From an uncultured Bacteroidota bacterium (lineage in GTDB: Bacteria; Bacteroidota; Ignavibacteria; UBA10030; UBA6906), in NCBI GenBank assembly GCA_963700635.1, contig CAVOYH010000003.1, positions 192,001 through 256,000 on the forward strand: DNA of 64,000 bases. The letters run 5' to 3'. The position numbers and the translations under genes are program-made. The notes under the pieces are model-generated. The model was not told where the DNA came from. It ran no database searches and was given only the letters and a program-made list of their open reading frames with translations. Shown here piece by piece: positions 58,259 through 64,000 of this stretch (position 1 is its first letter; every line of letters begins with the position of its first letter).

Positions 58259-58598
58259 GCTGATCCCCCTTCGTCTCTTGCACGCGCCGCATCGTGGCAA
58301 GCCGTGCCAGTTCTTTCAGGCCGGGATGCGTTGTTCCCGCGTGCCGGAACAGGGCGAGTGTGGCCCGCTCGGCCTCCTGGTACATCGCGGGATCCACTTC
58401 CGCCATATCCTGAACCACCATGTCTTCCTGAGCGGCTCCCTCGATGTCCGCATCTGTTACACCCCACATCTTGAAGATTTTGAGGTGCTTGTCCGAAATC
58501 ACCTGCCCGGCCACCAGAAGCACACGGTTATTCCGGTCTTTGACTTCACCTGCGAGCACCATGCCCGGCCGGATATCACTGATACTGATTAGTCCCAT
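58251..58598 (-). CDS. Small stand-alone PGMVLA-module protein (resembles the N-terminal module of HD-GYP proteins)
   Basis: MGLISISDIRPGMVLAGEVKDRNNRVLLVAG...FKMWGV; start set at ATG 58598. Confidence 0.75.
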   Translation of the reverse strand: MGLISISDIRPGMVLAGEVKDRNNRVLLVAGQVISDKHLKIFKMWGVTDADIEGAAQEDMVVQDMAEVDPAMYQEAERATLALFRHAGTTHPGLKELARLATMRRVQETKGDQHG

Positions 58599-58617
58599 GG
58601 GGTATTGTCCTTTTCTG

Positions 58618-59148
58618 TCACGTCGTTTTACAATTTGGGCAGAGCGTAGGAGAGAACGACGCGTCTGTCTTTTCGCCGACAAAATCTTCGAGCGAGTGCC
58701 AGTGATCTCCTTCATCCCGTATTCGTTTACAGTATGCGCAAATGGGCAAAAGGCCTTCAAGGCGGTTTCGTTCATGCTGGAGACTGAGAATACGTTCAGC
58801 GACACGAAGGCGGATCCGGAGTCCATCCGCCTCCAACGGCTTTATCACAAAATCATCCGCGCCGGCTTCCATCCCTTCCAGAAAATTATTCCGCCCGCTG
58901 AGCGCCGTTAACAGAATCACGTAGGTGTACAGATTGGAGTCCGCCTTCCGGATCCGTCGGGTTAATTCAATCCCGTTCACTTCCGGCATCATCCAATCTG
59001 TAATGACGAGCCGGGGATGGTCCCTTTTGTACGCCTGCCATGCATCACGGCCGTTTTCCGCCGTCAGGACTTCATGTCCCATTTTTCTGATGCGGACTGC
59101 CAGCACATAGCTGGAGACGGGATCGTCTTCTGCAATAAGGACCTTCAT
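58618..59148 (-). CDS. Response regulator with C-terminal Cys-rich domain (paralog of 54566-55228)
   Basis: IAEDD, DWMMP, IKP; [13 protein letters not shown]...W...FSPTLCPNC. Confidence 0.88.
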   Translation of the reverse strand: MKVLIAEDDPVSSYVLAVRIRKMGHEVLTAENGRDAWQAYKRDHPRLVITDWMMPEVNGIELTRRIRKADSNLYTYVILLTALSGRNNFLEGMEAGADDFVIKPLEADGLRIRLRVAERILSLQHERNRLEGLLPICAYCKRIRDEGDHWHSLEDFVGEKTDASFSPTLCPNCKTT

Positions 59149-62100
59149 TGCGCCTTCTCATGTGACAGGAGATAGGTGTCCAGTGCGGCTGTGACGGATG
59201 CAAATTCACGTTCGAGTTTTCCAATCAGATCGCCGGCTCCCTCTACCGATCCCGTTTTCCCGATCATCTGGAGGTCCTGGGCAACTGCCGCCATGCCCCG
59301 CGCACCGATGTTACCGCAGCTTCCCTTAAGCGCATGTGCCACCTGCCCGAGCACAACCGGATCACCTGTTTCCGATGCTACAACCAGCTGGACAATCCGT
59401 GATGAAGTGTCCTCTACAAATCGCTGCAGAATCAACGCAAGCCATTGAGGATCTTCTTCATCCCCGAGATCTGCCAGCTCATCCAGGCGTACGATGTCAA
59501 TGGCCAGGTCAGCCGGAGGGTGCACGTCAGGGACAGATAACGACGAATCGTTGTCATTTCTTTTCCCGCTCCATCGTTCAATCATGTTCCCCAGATCCTT
59601 TTGTCCCATCGGTTTCGAGATGTAATCATCCATCCCCGCCGCCAGACATTTTTCTTTTTCACCGTCTAATGCGTTTGCTGTCATGGCAATAATCACCGTA
59701 TGTTTGTGAGTCCCTTCCATTGTCCGTATTGTTGATGTGGCAGCAAACCCATCCAGTTCTGGCATCGTGCAGTCCATAAACACCAGATCATACGGAACCG
59801 TCAGCACGGCATTCACTGCTTCAAGGCCGTTTGCAACAACATCGGCGCGACATCCGATCTTCGTGAGCATACCGACTGCAACCTGCTGGTTCGCAGGATT
59901 ATCCTCGGCGACCAGAACACGAAGGGAACGTGGAACGGTTGTCGATGATATCGCCGCCGGGAGATCGTACCGGTCGGAGGGAGCGTCTCCGGATTCCGTC
60001 CGCTGCTGGAACAAGGGATGAAGCCCTTCACGTAGCGCTCGCTCGTTCACGGGATTTGTCAGAGACAGCATACCACCCGTCGTCTCTGGTTTTTTGCCGG
60101 TCAGCTTGCGAAACGTGGCAGTAAACCAGAATTCGCTTCCCTTTCCGTGCTCGCTGTTCACTCCGATCGTTCCCCCCATCAATTCGGCGAGCTGTTTCGA
60201 AATCATCAGACCCAGACCGGTCCCTCCGTACTTGCGGGTCGTCGACCCGTCCGTCTGTGAAAACGCGCGAAACAGCCGCGTGCGATCTTCCGGCGTAATG
60301 CCGATGCCGGTATCAGCCACCCCGAATCGCAGGTGAACATCCTCTGCGGTCTCAGCTTCCGGCGTTACGGTCACGGATACCTCCCCTGCGTCAGTGAACT
60401 TCACCGCGTTACTGACGAGGTTTACGAGTATCTGGCGCAGCCGGCCGGGATCTCCATGGAGAGTATCAGGCACGGTCTGGTACACGGCACAGGAAAGTTC
60501 GAGGTGCTTTTCGTGCGCGGTGGGGGCAAGCAAACCCACAGCCTCTTCAACAATGGTCCTCAGCTCAAAGTCCACACATTCCAGCGCCATTTTTCCAGCT
60601 TCAATCTTCGAGAAATCGAGAATCTCATTGATGATGGTCAGCAGCGCGCTTCCGGAAGTCCGGATGACCTCCGTAAACTCCCGCTGCTCCGGGGTGAGTG
60701 TCGTATCCAGCAGAAGGCCTGTCATGCCAATGACGCCGTTCATCGGCGTCCGGATTTCATGACTCATGTTTGCTACAAACTCGGATTTGAAGCGGGATGC
60801 CTGGACTGCCTCTTCTTTTGCCTGACGGAGTTCTACTGCCTGGACTTCAAGCAGGCGGGCCTGCTCTTCGGCTTTCGTTTTTGCTTCAAGCAGTCTGGCC
60901 GCATAGACGGCCAGAGCCTGTTCCGCTGTCTTTCGTTCCGTAATATCCCGGAACAGGCTCAAGAGCATGGCATCCTGCCCCTCGATTTCCACAAAAGCGT
61001 TCGAGACAGAAAACCAGACCCGGCGTTGATCCCAGAACGTCATTTCTGATTCAAAAAAGGGCTCCACCGTCCGCGTTTCGAACCGTTGTTTATACCGGTC
61101 TAGGATGTGACCCTCATCCCCTTGACAATAGAACGAGTCAATCATGCTGCCTTCCAATTGATCCCTCGGTTTCCCCACAAGGCGGCAGAAGGCCTCATTG
61201 ACCATCAAGACTTTTCCCTCAGGGTCGGTCAGCCGCATCCCCTCGAGCGAATTCTCCCACACCGATCGAAATTGCGCCTCTGATTGCCGGATATGCTCCT
61301 CAGCCTGCTGTCGCTCCGAGATGTCCCGGGAGACAATCACTGCACCCAGCCCCTGACCATCCCGGACGAGCCTGGATGATGTGAGGGACATCCAGAATTC
61401 AGTTCCTGTCTTGGTACGACCGACAAGATCACCACTCCATCCACCCCGGAGAGTTCCCCGCACGATCCCTCGGACCGTGTCACGAGAGATGCTCTGCGAA
61501 AGTAATTCCGCCACGTTCATTCCCACCGTCTCTTGCAACGAGTATCCGAATCGGTCAAGTGCCGCCCTGTTGACATATGTAATACGTCCACGTGTGTCCG
61601 TGATTACCACGAATTCCCCTATACATCTTGTGACATGCGCGAGGCGCTCAAGCTCCTCCTGAGAATGTGTTGATCCGGAGAATTCGCGAGCGGCATTGAA
61701 GACGTGTACCGACCCCGTTGCAACACCGCGGGCATCCACGACCGGGGTGACCGTTCGTTCGACTGCTGTTCTGCGGCCATCCCGGCCGATAAGGACCGTC
61801 TTCTGGCCGGAGCACGCGACATCATCCAGGTTGTAGAGCTCACTGACGTTCTGTCCCAGCGCCTCGGGTCGTGTCCAGCCGGTCATTCGTTCGGCGACGG
61901 GATTGATCAGGCAGACAACACCATGGACATCCGTCGTGATCACGCCTTCCGTAATGGACCCTAATGTCGCGACCATAAGATGTTCGTTTTGCTTGAGGAG
62001 CCGTTCGGTCGTATTTTTGTACAGTGCCATTTCGATCGTCGTGTGGAGTTCCCGTTCATCAAACGGCTTCAGGACGTAACCGAACGGACCTGTCACTTTC

Positions 62101-62381
62101 GCCCGGTGAAGGGTTATCTCATCCGAGTGTGCAGTCACAAATACAATCGGGACATCCCGGACTTTGAGTATCTCTTCGGCGGCCCTGATGCCATCGATCC
62201 CATCCCCGAGGGTGACATCCATGAGAATAATGTCCGGTCCCTTTTCCATCGCGGCGGTGATTGCTTCTTCACCTGAACTTGCCATGCCGACGACGGTATA
62301 CCCGAACCGTTCCAGACCATGCCGGATGTCGCAGGCGACAATACGTTCATCTTCGACAATAAGTATGTTCACGCTGGGCAT
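59145..62381 (-). CDS. Hybrid histidine kinase (REC + 3 PAS + HisKA + HATPase + REC + Hpt)
   Basis: N-terminal ILIVEDE/GYVLKPF; PAS repeats ending RDISER/RDITER; [15 protein letters not shown]; FMDCTMP; AHALKG. Start set at [12 protein letters not shown]. Confidence 0.93.
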   Translation of the reverse strand: MPSVNILIVEDERIVACDIRHGLERFGYTVVGMASSGEEAITAAMEKGPDIILMDVTLGDGIDGIRAAEEILKVRDVPIVFVTAHSDEITLHRAKVTGPFGYVLKPFDERELHTTIEMALYKNTTERLLKQNEHLMVATLGSITEGVITTDVHGVVCLINPVAERMTGWTRPEALGQNVSELYNLDDVACSGQKTVLIGRDGRRTAVERTVTPVVDARGVATGSVHVFNAAREFSGSTHSQEELERLAHVTRCIGEFVVITDTRGRITYVNRAALDRFGYSLQETVGMNVAELLSQSISRDTVRGIVRGTLRGGWSGDLVGRTKTGTEFWMSLTSSRLVRDGQGLGAVIVSRDISERQQAEEHIRQSEAQFRSVWENSLEGMRLTDPEGKVLMVNEAFCRLVGKPRDQLEGSMIDSFYCQGDEGHILDRYKQRFETRTVEPFFESEMTFWDQRRVWFSVSNAFVEIEGQDAMLLSLFRDITERKTAEQALAVYAARLLEAKTKAEEQARLLEVQAVELRQAKEEAVQASRFKSEFVANMSHEIRTPMNGVIGMTGLLLDTTLTPEQREFTEVIRTSGSALLTIINEILDFSKIEAGKMALECVDFELRTIVEEAVGLLAPTAHEKHLELSCAVYQTVPDTLHGDPGRLRQILVNLVSNAVKFTDAGEVSVTVTPEAETAEDVHLRFGVADTGIGITPEDRTRLFRAFSQTDGSTTRKYGGTGLGLMISKQLAELMGGTIGVNSEHGKGSEFWFTATFRKLTGKKPETTGGMLSLTNPVNERALREGLHPLFQQRTESGDAPSDRYDLPAAISSTTVPRSLRVLVAEDNPANQQVAVGMLTKIGCRADVVANGLEAVNAVLTVPYDLVFMDCTMPELDGFAATSTIRTMEGTHKHTVIIAMTANALDGEKEKCLAAGMDDYISKPMGQKDLGNMIERWSGKRNDNDSSLSVPDVHPPADLAIDIVRLDELADLGDEEDPQWLALILQRFVEDTSSRIVQLVVASETGDPVVLGQVAHALKGSCGNIGARGMAAVAQDLQMIGKTGSVEGAGDLIGKLEREFASVTAALDTYLLSHEKAQ

Positions 62382-62455
62382 GGGCTCTCTGACCAGTAAT
62401 GGGATCAGGGCGGGATCGAGGACCTGTTGATGCGATCTCCGCCACGTGAGTTCTC

Positions 62456-62604
62456 CTCTAATGCCATGCCAAGGGGAAGTCGCCCGGAATTGGTCAGGAG
62501 TGTTGGTTTTTCGCCGATTCAACTGGATCTGAGGGGCAAGGCAACCCCGGAGTGGGCGCATCGGAGGAGTGAAACGTTGTTGGTGGTTAGCTGTAGCCAG
62601 ATGG
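62456..62604 (-). promoter_or_regulatory. Weaker sigma54-type element plus upstream box for the phosphorelay operon
   Basis: TGGCATG-GCAT-TAGAG (62471-62456); GGTTAGCTGTAGCCAGATGG (62585-62604) shares 15/20 positions with the fliL box. Confidence 0.45.
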
Positions 62605-62677
62605 ATGAAACACCGGGGTGGTTCCGTGAATGGGGTTCCCGCCGGGGGCGGTGGATGTGTTTCGGAAGTCGTCCGGA

Positions 62678-62881
62678 TTACGAGGGAGCATATTCAAGGG
62701 GTGGTGAGATTTCCAGCGTCCTCTGATTCTCGATCGGATCTTCATCACGGTCGTCGTCGAGGGAAAAGTACCTGCAATCAGTAAAGTGAGCCGGGCCGTT
62801 ATCGTCCCATACATGGCTGCATTCGGCACATCGTTCGATTTCTTCAAGAGCGGGAAATCGGTGTTCAGTGCGTGGCTTCAT
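62678..62881 (-). CDS. 67-aa small protein with CxxC-x10-H-x3-C putative zinc site and acidic tail
   Basis: [20 protein letters not shown]; GAGGG upstream of the ATG; overlaps the 3' end of the upstream response regulator. Confidence 0.55.
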   Translation of the reverse strand: MKPRTEHRFPALEEIERCAECSHVWDDNGPAHFTDCRYFSLDDDRDEDPIENQRTLEISPPLEYAPS

Positions 62882-63284
62882 AGTTCCCTCTCTGCTCTGA
62901 TGGGGACATGAGGTGTTGATGGAGCGAGCTCATGTCGTGTGGTTTGCACAGGACATCCTCGATGGAGGCTGCGTGTGCCTGTTCCCGCACGAAGCGGGGA
63001 AGATATCCGGACATAAGGATCATTCGGGCGCGAACGTTACGCGCTTGCAGCATCTGCGCCAACTCTATTCCGTTCATCCCCGGGAGGTAATAGTCTATGA
63101 GCACGACATCCACACTCGACCAGGTAGCTTCCCGCAGCGCGTCTTCTGCTGTTGCGACACCACAGGTCTCAAACCCCAGCGATGAGAGATATGTCATCAG
63201 GGCTTTTCGAAAAAGCTGATCGTCCTCAACAATGAGAATTGTCCGCAGCCGCTCCGGAGATGTCCGATCCTGTAAATTCACCAT
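62865..63284 (-). CDS. Single-domain response regulator
   Basis: ILIVEDD, IDYYLPGMNG, MSG, KP; GGAGGT upstream of ATG 63284. Confidence 0.88.
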   Translation of the reverse strand: MVNLQDRTSPERLRTILIVEDDQLFRKALMTYLSSLGFETCGVATAEDALREATWSSVDVVLIDYYLPGMNGIELAQMLQARNVRARMILMSGYLPRFVREQAHAASIEDVLCKPHDMSSLHQHLMSPSEQRGNYEATH

Positions 63285-63311
63285 ACCTCCCGTATTCTCT
63301 GAACATCGAAT

Positions 63312-63428
63312 TCCAAAAGGCATGCCAGCCCTGGTCGGGGTGGAAAAATGGTGAACCACGTCACTTTCAGCAGGTTCTTGGTGTTCGACAATTGTTAAAA
63401 GGTAACAGGGCGTGCTGAATATCAGCCA
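63312..63428 (-). promoter_or_regulatory. Sigma54-type element plus degenerate upstream box
   Basis: TGGCATG-CCTT-TTGGA (63327-63312); GCTGAATATCAGCC (63414-63427). Confidence 0.45.
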
Positions 63429-63505
63429 CTTGAGCGGAAGGGCCGCGGAAAAGAAGGTGTTATGGAGAGCGGTGAGGCCTGAACAGACCTTTATTTTTTG
63501 GCTGG

Positions 63506-64000
63506 CTATTTATCCCCATCCAGAACATTGCGTACAAGCTGGACAAAGGCCTCGGGATGAAATGGTTTTTGAATGGCCTGCAGTTGTTCCTCTTCGAGTA
63601 AGGCGGAAATTACCTGGTCAGGCATGTACCCCGTGCAGAAGAAAGCCTTTAAGTCAGGCCGGATCTTCTTGAGCTCGATGTACGTCTGGCCGCCGTCCAT
63701 CCCGGGCATCACAAGATCGAGCACAACCAGCCTGACGTCGTCGGGTTGCCGACGGAAAATCTCCACCGCCTCCTGTCCGGTGCTTGCGATGAGCACCGTG
63801 TACCCCTGTTCTTCAAGAAGCTCACGTCCGAGTTCCTGCATGGATTCTTCGTCATCAACAATGAGCACGGTTTCGGTGCTGTCTGAGGTCACCAGAGGCG
63901 CCTTCTGGACCGGGGCACGTTCCGGAGCCCCATCCACGGCCGAGAAGTACACATGAAATGTCGTTCCCTGTCCCTCTTCGCTGTCTACAACAATGATACC
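63506..64000 (-). CDS. Hybrid histidine kinase, C-terminal part (end of HATPase + REC); 5' end outside the window
   Basis: GIIVVDSEEGQGTTFHVYF followed by ETVLIVDDE...LDLVMPGMDG...QKPF. Confidence 0.88.
   Translation of the reverse strand, partial: GIIVVDSEEGQGTTFHVYFSAVDGAPERAPVQKAPLVTSDSTETVLIVDDEESMQELGRELLEEQGYTVLIASTGQEAVEIFRRQPDDVRLVVLDLVMPGMDGGQTYIELKKIRPDLKAFFCTGYMPDQVISALLEEEQLQAIQKPFHPEAFVQLVRNVLDGDK

Noticed and set aside
58599-58826. N-terminal extension of the 191-aa ORF
   Set aside because: Overlaps the response regulator in another frame; the plausible start is ATG 58598.
14424-61049. Many + strand ORFs of 150-324 aa opposite flagellar and kinase genes (e.g. 32598-33572)
   Set aside because: Fully antisense to well-supported genes, with no recognisable domains.
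62382-62677. Possible c-di-GMP riboswitch or 60-aa kinase extension in the long gap
   Set aside because: No GEMM-type core could be matched by eye; the region is better explained by promoter and upstream-box elements. An Infernal/Rfam scan would settle it.

Overview
GC-rich bacterial chromosomal window with no RNA genes, CRISPR arrays or mobile elements detected. The gene complement suggests a flagellated, diderm, non-proteobacterial organism, plausibly Ignavibacteria/FCB group (inference only). Layout: (1) 1-2.8 kb: partial zinc-dependent metalloprotease lipoprotein, PPK2 and udk. (2) 2.9-10.4 kb: argCJBRGH divergent from argD across a palindromic double ARG-box / bidirectional promoter. (3) 10.5-12.8 kb: nfnAB (sudBA-like) electron-bifurcating transhydrogenase. 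(4) 12.8-54.1 kb, minus strand: a ~41 kb flagellar supercluster with basal body, export apparatus, hook, P/L rings, two different MotAB stators, flhF/flhG/fliA and fliW/csrA, but no fliC, fliD, fliS, flgM or che genes. (5) 54.3-64 kb: a phosphorelay cluster of hybrid kinases, response regulators and an HDOD protein. Most unusual observations: two tandem HDOD proteins fused to FliA-like sigma region 4 directly downstream of fliA; sigma54-like promoters that all lack the -12 C, several with a shared palindromic upstream box (identical 74-bp offset at two loci); a structured RNA leader and a strong 3' hairpin bracketing flgE next to a RelE/DUF4258-like small protein; a -1 frameshift at a G_GGA_AAA site in a degenerate HD-GYP regulator; and a FlgL carrying a FlgE-D2-like domain. 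All calls come from reading the sequence by eye; no searches were run.
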